The notes beneath the pieces were generated by a model. It was not told where the DNA came from, searched no databases, and worked only from the letters and a program-made list of their open reading frames with translations. Positions 35,674-48,120 of a stretch of 64,000 bases of DNA are shown here, piece by piece. The stretch covers positions 1 through 64,000 of the forward strand of contig JAXLNO010000039.1 in the NCBI GenBank assembly GCA_038087875.1, written 5' to 3'. The number at the start of each line of letters is the position of its first letter. Position 1 is the first letter of the stretch. This DNA comes from Malacoraja senta. Its lineage: Eukaryota. The position numbers and the translations under genes are program-made.

Positions 35674-38075
35674 GTGGACAAAATATAGTAACTTTGTGTG
35701 TGTTCATTAAACTCTCAGCTCTACAGTGTGGAAAGAGGCCCTTCGACCCACCGAGTCCATGCTGGCCATCAATCACACGTACACTAGTTCCATCCTACAG
35801 ACTGGGGACAATTTACAGCAGCCAATTAACCTACAACCCTACACGTTGTTGGGATGCGGGAGGAAACCAGAGCACCCGGAGGAAACCCACGTGGTCACAG
35901 GGAGTACCCACGAACTCCCGCACAGACAGCGCCCCTCAGTCAGGATCGAACCTGGGTCTCTGGCGCTGTGCTGCAGCAGTGCTCACAACATAAGCATGTC
36001 ACACTAAGGGCTGTGGATGTATGGAACAAGCTGCCAGAGGAGGTAGCTGAGGCAGGGACTATCCCAACGTTTAAGAAACAGTTTTAGACTGGTATGTGGA
36101 TAGGACAGGTTTGGAGGGATGTGGGTCAAATGGGGGCAGGTGGGACTATTGTAGCTGGGACATGTTGGCCGGTGTGGCCAAGTTGGGCTGAAGGGCCTGT
36201 TTATACGCTGTATCACTCTATGACTCTATAAGCTGCGGTATTGTATCTCCAAGAACCACACACATCTCACTAATGCACAGGGCTTTCTTGGACAGCAGAG
36301 GCACACACTCACGCACCCAAGTCTCTAATTATAGACAACATCCAGTCTTCATTCCTGCTGTCACGATTTCTGATGTCAACACTTAACTTTGTAAATTGCT
36401 ATGTCAACAATTCCCTTTGTCAGCGTGCAATTTCAGATTCTGGTATGGAGGTGAACCTGCCCTTCATCCAACCACACCTCGTACATGATGAGTATCTCAT
36501 AATTATCACACAAATGCAGGGAACATCAGTGGCTGCGTACCATATCTAATAAAGATATTTCAAAGAAGGTTATGTTCATGACACCACCTTGCAACCTATT
36601 TCAGTCCAGTTTAAATTTGAGATGCGGCATGGTTTCAGTCTGGTTTATTGTCACGTGTACCGAGGTACAGCGAAAAGCTTTTGTGGCGCGCTATCCAGTC
36701 AGCAGAAAGGCAATACATGATTACAAGGTACACAAAAATGCTGGAGAAACTCAGCGGGTGCAGCAGCATCTATGGAGCGAAGGAAATAGGCAACGTTTCG
36801 GGACGAAATGTTGCCTATTTCCTTTGCTCCATAGAAGAAGGGTTTCGGGCCGAAACGTTGCCTATTTCCTTCGCTCCATAGATGCTGCTGCACCCGCTGA
36901 GTTTCTCCAGCACTTTTGTCTACCTTCGATTTTCCAGCATCTGCAGTTCCTTCTTAAACACTTGATTATAATTGATCCATTGACAGTGTATAGATACATG
37001 GATCTAGGCCACCGAGTCCATGCAGGCCATCGATTACACGTTCACACTGGTTCTATGTTATCCCACTTTCTCATCCGCTTCCTACGCACTAGGGGCAATT
37101 GACAGACAAGCCTGCACGTTTCTTTGGGATGTGGGAGGAAACCGGAGAACCTAGAGGAAAGCTATGCAGTCACAGGGAGAACATGCAAACTCCACGCAGA
37201 CAGTAGTACACAGGAGACACTATGCCACGCTGTTTTCTTGTAAAATGTACTATGATGTTCCTTGCACTTCATGATGTTGCCGTCGTTTCCCTGCTTCACT
37301 GCCACACACTGCTTGTCCAGGGCACATTCACATCAATAGACAATAGACGGTACACAAAAATGCTGGAGAAACTCAGCGGGTGCAGCAGCATCTATGGAGC
37401 GAAGGAAATAGGCAACGTTTCGGGACGAAACGTTGCCTATTTCCTTTGCTCCATAGAAGAAGGGTTTCGGGCCGAAACGTTGCCTATTTCCTTCGCTCCA
37501 TAGATGCTGCTGCACCCGCTGAGTTTCTCCAGCATTTTTGTGTACCTTCAGATTTTTCCTTCTTAAACACAATAGACAATAGTCAATAGGTGCAGGAGTA
37601 GGCCATTCGGCCCCTCGAGCCAGCACTGCCATGCCATTCAATGTGATCACGGCTGATCGTCCCCAATCAGTACCCCGTTCCTGCCTTCTCCCCATATCCC
37701 CTGACTCCGCTATTTTTAAGAGCCCTATCTAGCTCTCTCTTGAAAGCATCCAGAGAACCTGCCTCCACCGCCCTCTGAGGCAGAGAATTCCACAGACTCA
37801 CCACTCTCTGTGAGAAGAAGTGTTTCCTCGACTGTGCATTTTCTGTATTATTTATTTCTACACCAATGTTTGATAAATCTGATCCGCCATCACTTGGCAA
37901 CATCTATTTCTTGAACATTTTACTGCTGTCAGGTGAAATGAAGATATTGTTAAACATGTGGTCCCAGGATTCAGATCCAATGTCAATGAAGTGACCATCA
38001 TATACTACCATGCCAGTACAGAATGATGAAGTAAGTCAGCGGGTCAGGCAGCATCTCTGGAGAAAAGTAATAGGT

Positions 38076-38103
38076 GACGTTTCGGGTCGAGACCCTTCTT
38101 CAG
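38076..38103 (-). ncRNA. Minimal hammerhead ribozyme motif in a PLE terminal repeat
   Basis: Reverse complement gacgtttcgggtcgagacccttcttcag, core intact. Confidence 0.6.
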
Positions 38104-38239
38104 ACTGCGAGTCAGGGGAATGAGAGAAATAGATGGTGATATAGAGAATAAATGAATGAAGACTGTCGAGGGTGGCTGCGTACAGCCTTTTCAATGTCTC
38201 TAAGCCGCTGACCTTATTAATGCGATCAGAAAGCATCAA

Positions 38240-39985
38240 GTCAAGTTAAGTCAACTTTATTTGTCACATACACATACAAGATGTGCAGTGAAATGAAAGT
38301 GGCAATGCCTGCGGGGTTGTGCAAAACAACAGAACAGAACAGAACCAATATTTACTTCTTTTTTTAAAGACACAACAGTATTTACGCCCTGGTGAGATCA
38401 GAGTTTACAGTCCTGACGGCCTGTGGGAAGAAACTCCGTCTCATCCTCTCTGTTTTCTCAGCGTGACAGCGGAGGCGCTTGCCTGACCGTAGCAGCTGGG
38501 ACAGTCCGTTGCTGGGGTGGTCGGGGTCCTTCAAGATCTTGCTGGCTCTGGTTCTGCACCTCCTGGTGTAGAGGTCCTGCAGGGGGGGGGAGGGAGAGGG
38601 GAGTGTGCTTCCCGTGGTGCGTTCGGCCGAACGCACTACTCTCTGCAGAGCCTTCCTGTCCTGGACAGGGCTGTTGCCAAACCAGATGGAGATGTTTCCG
38701 GTCAGGATACTTTCTACTGCACCAGAGTAGAAGGATTGAAGATCCTCAGAGAGACTCTGAATGTCCTCAGCTGCCTGAGGCGTTAAAGGTGCTGCCTTGC
38801 CTTTCTCACCGGTGTGGCAGTGTGTGTTGTCCATGTCAGATCCTCTGTGATGTGGACTCCCAGGTATTTAAAGCTGCTCACCCTATCCACAGTAGTCCCA
38901 TTTTGGGATGGAGGAGCCGCCATCTTGGAGGAACGGTTGCTAAACAGCAGCCGTCCGTCAAATTCACTTTTTCATTAGTTTTAGCTTTTTTTATTTCTTT
39001 GTTTGTTTGGGGGATTTTGACTTTTAATGTGGGGGGGTAAGGGGGAAACTATTTCTGGGTCCCTACCTGGTCGGTGAGGCAGCTTTTTCTCCAGGCTGCC
39101 TCGTCGACCCGTCCTCGTGGCCTACCAGCGGGCATGGAGCGCCGTTTCCTGACGTGGACCGCCCAGCACCTTCAGCTTCGGTCAGCGGCACAGCGCTGGA
39201 GCGCTATCGTGGAGCGTAGCGGGCGATGCCGTGCCTGGGTCGCCGCGCTGGGTCGACGCGCTGGAGCTCCGGTATGCGGTGACCGCCGACATCAACACCT
39301 CCGGGCTGCGGGACTGCGGAGCGACCAGCTGCGGGCGGCGGCCCCGACTTTTACATCGGGAGCCTCGTGGCTCCAAATCGGCGCGGCCCTGTCGGCTTCA
39401 GGTGCCATGGACTCCGCTGGGAAACCGGCCGTTCCAGCCACTGCGAGGACTTTCCCGACGGCCAGGAACATCGGGCCTCCGTAGAGGCAACTGTGGCGGC
39501 CTCGATGGGCCTGACTCTGGGGAGAACTGGGGTTGGGGACTGGACATTGTGCCTTCCCCCACAGTGGTAACCATTGTGGGGGGATGATTTCTGTGTGCTG
39601 TGCCTGTTAGTCTGTGTGCAAGATGGCGGTCGGAGGGGAGAGTGGACGCTGGCGCGAATTGGCTGCCGCTGCTCTCTCCTCAAATTGTGTTTCTTATTTT
39701 CTTTTTGTGCTTTTGTACTTGAATTCTGTCCTTGATTTGTGTACTGTGGTGTTTTTATATTTAATTTTGTATTTTTGTGATTCTATGCCTTGTGATTTTT
39801 GTGATTCTATGCCTTGGGTTTTAGAAAGGCGCCAGTAAATAAAATGAATTATTATTATTATTATTTACCCCCAGTGGTGTGTACGTCCTCCGATGTTGTG
39901 CCCTTCTAAAGTCCCACGATCATCTCCTTAGTTTTAGTGACATTCAAGAGGAGGCTGTTGTTCTGACACCAGAGTGCCAGGTAGG
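38240..39985 (-). mobile_element. Rex1/Babar-type LINE fragment interrupted by a ~960-bp insertion
   Basis: WCQNNSLLLNVTKTKEMIV ... PLGVN|GTTVDRVSSFKYLGVHI ... FYSGAVESILTGNISIWFGN...SGKRLR...SFFPQAVR. Other Rex1-type pieces at ~43940-44235(-), ~48520-48915(-) and ~53655-53905(-). Confidence 0.82.
38904..39862 (+). mobile_element. CpG-rich composite non-autonomous retroelement with L2-like (ATT)n tail
   Basis: Begins ggaggagccgccatcttgg and ends ttagaaaggcgccagtaaataaaatgaattattattatt; removing it restores the Rex1 reading frame. Confidence 0.7.
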
Positions 39986-40411
39986 CCTGCATATCATCAG
40001 TGTAGTGTAAATGTCTACAATCAGGTTTAGGTGTATTATTATCATGTTCAAGGTTCAAGGTTCACATTTATTTGTCCCATGTACTAATTAAGGTACCAGG
40101 CAGCCATACAATTAACAAAGAACACAACACACAATAGAATTTAACATAAACATCCACCACAGCATTCTTCACTGTGATGGAAGGCAATAAAGTCCAGTCA
40201 GTCTTCCTCCTTTGTTCACCTTGGTGCAGTGAAAAGCTTTCTTTTGCACGCTATTCAAACAGATCAGATACAATAGACAGAGCAAAGGGTGCAGAAAGTT
40301 ACACAGAGCACAGAATATAGGATTGTAGAGTATTGTAGTCTGGAGATAGGTCTCGACCCAAAACATCACCTATTCCTTTTCTCCAGAGATGCTGCCTGAA
40401 CCGCTGAGTTA

Positions 40412-40720
40412 TAGCCCTGTCCCACGGTGCTAGTTCATTCCAAGAGCTCTCCCGAGTTTAAAAAAAATCAAACTCGTGGTAAGCACGGAGAAGGTGCGTC
40501 GGAGCTCGGGGACGTCTCCTGGCGCTAACGGCAGGTACTCGGGAAGACTCGCTAACGGCAGGTAAGCACGGGAAGACTCGTGAAGATTTTTCAACATGAT
40601 GAAAAATGTCCACGAGAGCCCCGAGTACCGACGAGTGGCCATTGCCGTAAATCTCCGAGTTCGAATCAGGGCAAACTCGGGAGAACTCTTGGAATGAACT
40701 CGTACAGTGGGACAGGGTTT
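40412..40720 (+). mobile_element. PIF/Harbinger-type MITE, subfamily A, inserted in a PLE repeat
   Basis: TTA duplicated at 40409-40411 and 40721-40723, splitting the PLE motif gctgagTTActccagc. Confidence 0.9.
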
Positions 40721-40942
40721 TTACTCCAGCATTTTGTGTCCATCTCCGGTATAAACCAGCATCTGTTATTCCTTCCAACACAGTTTGATGATGATGTTGA
40801 TAACCATGTAGTTATGGGATTTAGACCCAATGAAGCAATGACCATTTTTTGCCAGGTTGGTACATCGTGATTTGACGGAGGAACGAGCTAGATATGTTCC
40901 TATCCACCTGCCAACTTAGTGATCCTCGGTGTTAGAGGTTGT

Positions 40943-40991
40943 CATCATCGGCGGTAACTCGAAACGAGTATGACTGTCCTCTCCATACTCC
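40943..40991 (-). mobile_element. 49-bp RTE-like LINE 3' tail insertion
   Basis: TSD ttagaggttgt at 40932-40942 and 40992-41002; minus strand gtcatactcgtttcgagttaccgccgatgatg (stem-loop plus GAT tail). Confidence 0.65.
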
Positions 40992-43900
40992 TTAGAGGTT
41001 GTAGGTTTGGAAGGTAAAGAGGTGAATTTTGCTCACGTTTCCCATTTAAACACTAGGTAGTCCCTGACACTGTAGTTTAGTTTCTTAGACAAAATTGCTG
41101 GAGAAACTCAGCGGGTGCGGCAGCACCTATGGAGCGAAGGAAATAGGCAACGTTTCGGCCCGAAACCCTTCTTCTATGGAGCAAAGGAAATAGGCAACGT
41201 TTCGGCCCGAAACCCTTCTTCTATGGAGCAAAGGAAATAGGCAACGTTTCGTCCCGAAACGTTGCCTATTTCCTTCGCTCCATAGATGCTACCGCACCCG
41301 CTGAGTTTCTACAGCAATTTTGTCTACCTTCAATTTTCCAGCATCAGCAGTTCCTTCTTAAACAGTTTCGTTTCTTAGTTTAGCAGAAACCGGATTCCGC
41401 GCTGTATCTGTAAACTAAAAACGAAACCTGTCCCACTTTCACGACCTAATTCACGACCTTTTTTACTCGTGGACATTTATCATCAGGCGAGAAAAACGCC
41501 CCGACCTACTTGATAGTACCTACTACTAGCATCACGACCTACCTACGACCTCCTGACGACCATGCTGTGAGTATGAGTCAAGGGCAAACTCGGCAGAGGT
41601 CGTGAAAGTGGGACAGGCCCTTAAACGAAACTAGTGTGACAGGAGGAGAAAAAAGAAAGATGGTCAAAGTGAGAAAGACCATATGGCCCCAAATCTCCTC
41701 CTCCCGACAGACCTACACACTGAAACGAAGTCTCTTCAATTTGTTCAATTTGTTGAGGGAGTTTAATAAAACAGGCCAATCTTGTAGGAAGGAGATACAG
41801 AACTTTGTTAGTCTACAATCAAACTGAAGCACAACAGATCAATCTCCATTGCAATCTGTGCTATTCGGCCCAGTCACGTTACATTCCATGGGTGACATAT
41901 TTTGGAAATGGAACAACATGTTTCAAAATAACTTAATCTACCTTTTAGCATCTGCTTGCAGCTGCCAAACCTATTCTTCACAGGAAAGCAGTCTGCCTTT
42001 TTTCCTTAAAGTTATTAATGGATGTAACTCATTGAAACATATAAGATTGTTAAGGGCTTGGACACACTAGAGGCAGGAAACATGTTCCCGATGTTGGGGG
42101 AGTCCAGAACCAGGGGCCACACACAGTTTGAGAATAAGGGGTAGGCCGTTTAGAACGGAGACGAGGAAACACTTTTTCTCACGGAGAGTGGTGAGTCTGT
42201 GGAATTCTCTGCCTCAGAGGGTGGTGGAGGCAGGTTGTGAGTTATCAACTTATGACTAGGTGGGCCGAAGAGCATGTTTCCACATTGTATCTCTAAACCA
42301 AACTAAACTGTAGGTGATGAACGAGGCTGGTTTATGTTCCATATCACCTGAAATTGTCCCTAGTGTGCAGAATAGATAACTGTTTGATTGTAAACTGCCA
42401 ATGGCAGTCTTGATTTTGTTAACACTCTGTATTTGTGTTTGTTTGAATAAAAGCATTTTGTGCTATATAATAATAAAAATATTAATAATTATAACAACAA
42501 TAATAATCATGTTTGTATTTAAAAGAAGTGTGTAGAATAGTGCTAGTGTAATAGACAACAGACAATAGGTGCAGGAGTAGGCCATTTGGCCCTTCGAGCC
42601 AGCACCGCCATTCAATGTGATCATGGCTGATCATCCCCAATCAGTACCCCGTTCCTGCCTTCTCCCCATATCCCCTGACTCCACTATTTTTAAGAGCCCT
42701 ATCTAGCTCTCTCTTGAAAGCATCCAGAGAACCTGCCTCCACCGCCCTCTGAGGCAGAGAATTCCACAGACTCACCACTCACTCTCTGTGAGAAAAAGTG
42801 TTACCTCGTCTCCGTTCTAAATGGCTTACCCCTTATTCTTAAACTGTGTGTGGCCCCTGGTTCTGGACTCCCCCCAACATCGCGAACATGTATCCTGCCT
42901 CTAGCGTGTCCAAGCCCTTAACAATCTGTACTTGGCTCACTGGTTGGCGCTGGCTCGGTGGGCTGAAGGGCCTGTTTCCGTGCTGTATCTCTAAAATTAA
43001 AACTAAAAACTAAAAAGTATTATTACAGTACTTGGGAATGGCACGAGGGATTTGTTTGCTATGTCAATCTCGCCGTTATCCTCCATCACAGGAATTCAAA
43101 TTGATAATCTCCACAAGTGCACACGAAGGGCAGTAAAAGTTCCCTTGCATGAATGGTCATGATGCCTGATTTTTTAAATCGTAATCAGCAGTAAGAATGC
43201 AAGATAATGAAGCACAACAACGGCTTATACACAGACAGTGAGAGAGACACACCACGTCGCGTCAAGTATTATTATCAAAGATAGACCCAAAATGCTGGAG
43301 TAACTCAGCGGGACAGGCAGCGTCTCTGGAGAGAAGGAATGGGTGATGTTTCAGGTCGAGACCCTTCTTCAGACTGAGAGTCGGGGGGAAAGGAAACGAG
43401 AGGTATGGAAGGGTAAGGTGTGAAAATGAGATATCAAAATACTCCAGCATTTTGTGCCTATCTTCGGTTTAAACCAGCATCTGCAGTTCCTTCCTGCACA
43501 AGTATTATTATCATATGTACAAGCATGATGAGGTCAAGGGACATTGAAAATCTTACTGCAGCAGCATCACGGGGCGTGAACTCAATCAAACACTCCAAGA
43601 GATAAATCATACGTAAAATACACAAACAATTCTGCTGGACAGTAAAAAGAAACAAAACAACTGTGTAAAGGAATACAAGTTGGGAAAAAACAAAAACCCT
43701 GTGGAGTGCAAGTGATGGCCATTGTTCATTCATAGAGTGATACAGGCCCTTTGGCCGAACTTGCCCACACCGGCCAACATGTCCCAACTACACTAGTCCC
43801 ACCTGCCCGCCTTTGGCCACTATCCCTACAAACCTGTCCCATCCATGTACCTGTCTAACTGTTTCTTAAATGTTGCCTCAACTTCATCCTCTGGCAGCTC

Positions 43901-45551
43901 AGCTGTTCCATGCACCCACCACCCTTTGTGTGGAAAGGTGGGGTAGGATTAGGGTTGTGCAGGTTGGTTCAAGAACCTGATGGTTGTAAGCAAGAGGCTG
44001 TTCCTGAAGCCGGTGGTGTTGGGCTTCATGCTTCTGTACCCCCTGCCCGAAGGTAGCAGAGAGAAGAGGGCACGTCCCAAATGGTGGGAACCCTTGATGA
44101 TAGATGCTGCTTCCTTGAGGCAGTGCCTTGCTTATGTGTTCTTGATGGTGGGGAGGTCTGTACGTGTGATTGACTGGATCGACCAAGGAGCAGTAAGCAG
44201 CACTCTCTTGGGTCAGGGGATTCAGGCTTATCCATCTCTGTGAGGCACGGTGGCGCAGTGGTGGAGTTGCAGCGTCAGAGTCCTGGGTTCGATCCTGATT
44301 ACGGCTGCTGCCTGTACGGAGTTTGTACGTTCTCCCCGTGACCGCGTTGGTTTTCTCCGAGATCTTCGGTTTCCTCCCACACTCCAAAGACGCGCAGGTT
44401 TGTAGGTTATTGGCTTTGGTATAAATGTAAATTGTCCCCAGTGTGTGTGTGGGATAGTGTTAATGAGCAGGGATCGCTGGTCGGCGAATGGCCTGTTTTT
44501 GCGCTGTATCTCCAATCTAAACTAAACTAAATTAAATCACAGCATGAATTACCGACATGAGCCTGAGGGGGCAGTCCAGGGGTGAGAGTTTGACACTGAG
44601 GTACAAACCAAGGTCTCATGTGTAGGAAGGAACTACAGATGCTGGTTTAAACCGAAGATAGACACAAAAAGCTGGAGTAACTCAGTGGGTCAGACAGCAT
44701 CTCTGGAGAAAAGGAATAGGTGACGTTTCAGGTCGAGACCCTTCTTCACACGAAAGACCCAAAGGCTTTAAGAATAAGGGGTAAGCCATTTAGAACGGAG
44801 ACGAGGAAACACTTTTTCTCACAAAGAGTTGTGAATCTGTGGAATTCTCTGCCTCAGAGGGCGGTGGAGGCAGGTTCTCTGGATACTTTCAAGAGAGAGC
44901 TAGATAGGGCTCTTAAAAATAGCGGAGTCAGGGGATATGGGGAGAAGGCAGGAACGGGGTACTGATTGGGGATGATCAGCCATGATCACATTGAATGGCA
45001 GTGCTGGCTCGAAGGGACGAATGGCCTACTCCTGCACCTATTGTCTATTGTCTATTGTCTATTGACCCTAAAGTACTATTTAGAGGTAGAAAAAGCTCTA
45101 CCTTTGTAGTACAGAAGGGCCCCCACCCGAAACGTCACCTATCCATATTCTCCAGAGATGTTGCTTGACCTACTGAGTTACTCCAGCACTTTGTGGCCTC
45201 TTGTGAAGAACAAAGCATCTACATTTCCATGTTTCTAATTTTCTAGTAACCAACTTCATGTAAATATATCAACCAAAACCTATCATGGAGAAAAACTGAA
45301 TGATGATTTCAGTTCAGTAACTTTTCATCAGAATCTTGATGGGCATAGTTATTGACCTGGAATGTTCGCCATGTTTCTCTCTCCACAGATGCAGCAGGAC
45401 CTCCTGAACCTTTCAAGCATCTGCACGTCTTTGGAGTGTGGGAGGAAACCGGCACACCCGGAGAAAACCCACGAGGTCAGGGGGAGAGAGTACAAACTCC
45501 GCACAGACAGCGCCCGTAGTCAGGATCGAACCCGAATCTCTGGCGCAGTAA

Positions 45552-45880
45552 AAGCCCTGTCCCACGGTACGAGTTCATTCCAAGAGCTCTCCCGAGTTTT
45601 AAAAAAAATCAAACTCGTGGTAAGCACGGAGAATGAACGTAGCGGGTACGTCAGAGCTCGGGGACGTCTCTTAGCGGCTCGTAACGCTAATGGCAGGTAC
45701 TCGGGAAGACTCGCTAATGGCAGGTAAGCACGGGAAGACTCGTGAAGATTTTTCAACATGTTGAAAAATGTCCACGAGAGCCTGAGTACCGACGAGTGGC
45801 CATTACCATAAATCTCCGAGTTCGAATCAGGGCAAACTCGGGAGAGTCTTGGAATGAACTCGTACCGTGGGACAGGGGTA
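45552..45880 (+). mobile_element. PIF/Harbinger-type MITE, subfamily A, inserted in a V-SINE
   Basis: Same TIRs; splits the SINE motif ctggcgc.gTAAggcagcaact. Confidence 0.88.
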
Positions 45881-47439
45881 TACGGCGGCAACTCTACCGC
45901 TGCGCCACTGTGCCGTCCAAGAGAAAAGAAGTTTCTCATGAATTTCTTATCAGTTCATTAAAAGGTGGTGGATTTAACTTCCAGGTTATTTCATCAACTG
46001 AATTTAAGTCCTTCAGCGACTGTGGTGAGACTTATGCCTTGGGCTTGTCTCAAGAGGCCCAGTAATTTTTAACTGTACCACCACCCCACTCTTTGAGTGT
46101 AAATCAAAAATCTCTAATTAGTTATGGAGCACAATTTTTGCTGTCTTAATGGCACGGACAGGCAGGCCATCACCAGGATGGACATGCGACACAACCAATG
46201 ATGGGAGGTAAGGAAATGGTTTAGGTAGAGGTGAGAGATCATATGATGAAACCACCGATTCAACTAGTTGGCAAACCTAAGTCGCATGCAGAAAATAAAA
46301 TAAAATGAACAAGACTTTTAGTGTCTGGTTTACACGCTCGACAATGGAAACAACCAGACTGTCTGATCTTAAAATGGTTAAGTGGCAACCTGGTTCTATA
46401 ATAGAATATACACACAAGACTGTTATCAAATTTCAGTACCTAATATACGTGGGAAACAGAGAGGCTGGTCAGGTAAGAGGTTAGAAACAAAGGTTGGTAG
46501 TATGTGAGTGCTCTCCCACAAACAGCAGTGGAGACTGATTCACTTAATTACTCCAAAACACAGATTGCAACTCTGTGCTGCCAAGAGTACGTCACGGTAA
46601 CACTGCCCCGACAGAAAGTCATAGAGTGATACAGTGTGGATACAGGCCCTTCAGCCCAACTTGCCCACACTGGCCAACATGTCCCAGCTACACTAGTCCC
46701 GGCTGCCCGCGTTTGGTCCATGTCCTTCCAAACCTGTCCTATAGCCAATGAACTGGCCTCAACTACTTTGTCACAGAAGGTAGTTGAGGCCAGTTCATTG
46801 GCTATATTTAAGAGGGAGTTAGATGTGGCTCTTGTGGCTATAGGGATCAGGGGGTATGGAGAGAAGGCAGGTACGGGATACTGAGTTGGATGATCAGCCA
46901 TGATCATATTGAATGGCGGTGCAGGCTCGAAGGGCTGAATGGCCTACTCCTGCACCTATTTTCTATGTTTCTATGTTTCTATCCAAGTACCTGTCTAACT
47001 GTTTCTTAAACGTTGGGATAGCCCCTGCCTCAACTACCTCCTAATTAAGTGAATAAGTCCCCAGCTTGTTCCATACACCCACCACCATTTGTGTGAAAAA
47101 GTTACGCCTCAGTTTCCTGTCAAATCTTTTCCCCTTCACCTTAAACCTATGTCCTCTGGTCCTTGATTCACCTACCCTGGGCAAGAGACTCTGTGCATCA
47201 CCGACCAGTATTATTCACAACATTCTTCTTCCCAGCTCATCTGCTGGTGAAGGCTTTATCCATTCTACCAAACCTGGCTTTTCCAAAGTTCTTCTCCAGT
47301 GCTGATGAAGGGTCGTCAACTTGAAACGATTAATGGTTTCTCTTTCTACAGATGCTGCCTGACCTTCTGTGATTCCCACATTTTCTGTCTCTATATCAGA
47401 TTTCCAGCATCTGGAGTTCTGTTGTTTTTCTGTTCCAGA

Positions 47440-48120
47440 TGTAGAAATGGTTGAAAACTTCAAATTCCTAAGAGTCAATATCACCAACAACTTCTCCTGG
47501 ACCACCCACATTGAAGCAACGACCAAGAACGCACACCGACGAATCTACTTCCCTAGAAGGCTAAGGAAGTCCCCTACAACTCTCACCAACTTCCACAGGT
47601 GCTCCATAGCAAGCATTTTTTATCGGGATCCTTCACAGCTTGGTTTGGGAACAGCTCCATCCAAGACCACAAGGAATTGCAGCAAATTGTGGACGCAGCC
47701 CAGACCATCACACAAACCAACCTCCCTTCCATTGACTCCATCTATACCTCACGCTGCCTCGGATGAGTCGTACCCTGGCCACTCCCTCCTCTCCCCTCTC
47801 CCATCAGGCAAAAGGTATAGAAGTTTGAAAACGCACACCTCCAGATTCAGGGACAGTTTCTTCCCAGCTGTTATCAGGCAACTGAACCATCCTACCACAA
47901 CCAGAGAGCAGTGCTGAACTACTATCTACCTCATTGGTGACCCTCGGACTATCCATGATCGGACTTTGCTGGCTTTACCTTGCACTAAACGTTATTCCCT
48001 TATCATGTATGTGTACACTGTATATGGCCCGATTGTAATCATGTATTGTCTTTCCACTGACTGGATAGCACGCAACAAAAGCTTTTCACTGTACCTCGGT
48101 ACACATGACAGTAATCTAAA
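47440..48120 (+). mobile_element. Rex1/Babar-type LINE 3' fragment
   Basis: VENFKFLRVNITNNFSWTTHIEATTKNAHRRIYFPRRLRK...LPSGKRYRSLKTHTSRFRDSFFPAVIRQLN (frameshifted), then 3' UTR ending ttttcactgtacctcggtacacatgacagtaa; second copy at ~27970-28485. Confidence 0.82.

Noticed and set aside
37933..38030. AG...GTAAGT-bounded candidate coding exon
   Set aside because: Stops in all three + frames; the short minus-strand frame resembles nothing I recognise.
39030..39170. Possible HDV-like fold around tcctcgtggcc
   Set aside because: An L3-like string is present, but I could not build consistent P1, P1.1, P2 and J4/2; kept only as a covarying hairpin.
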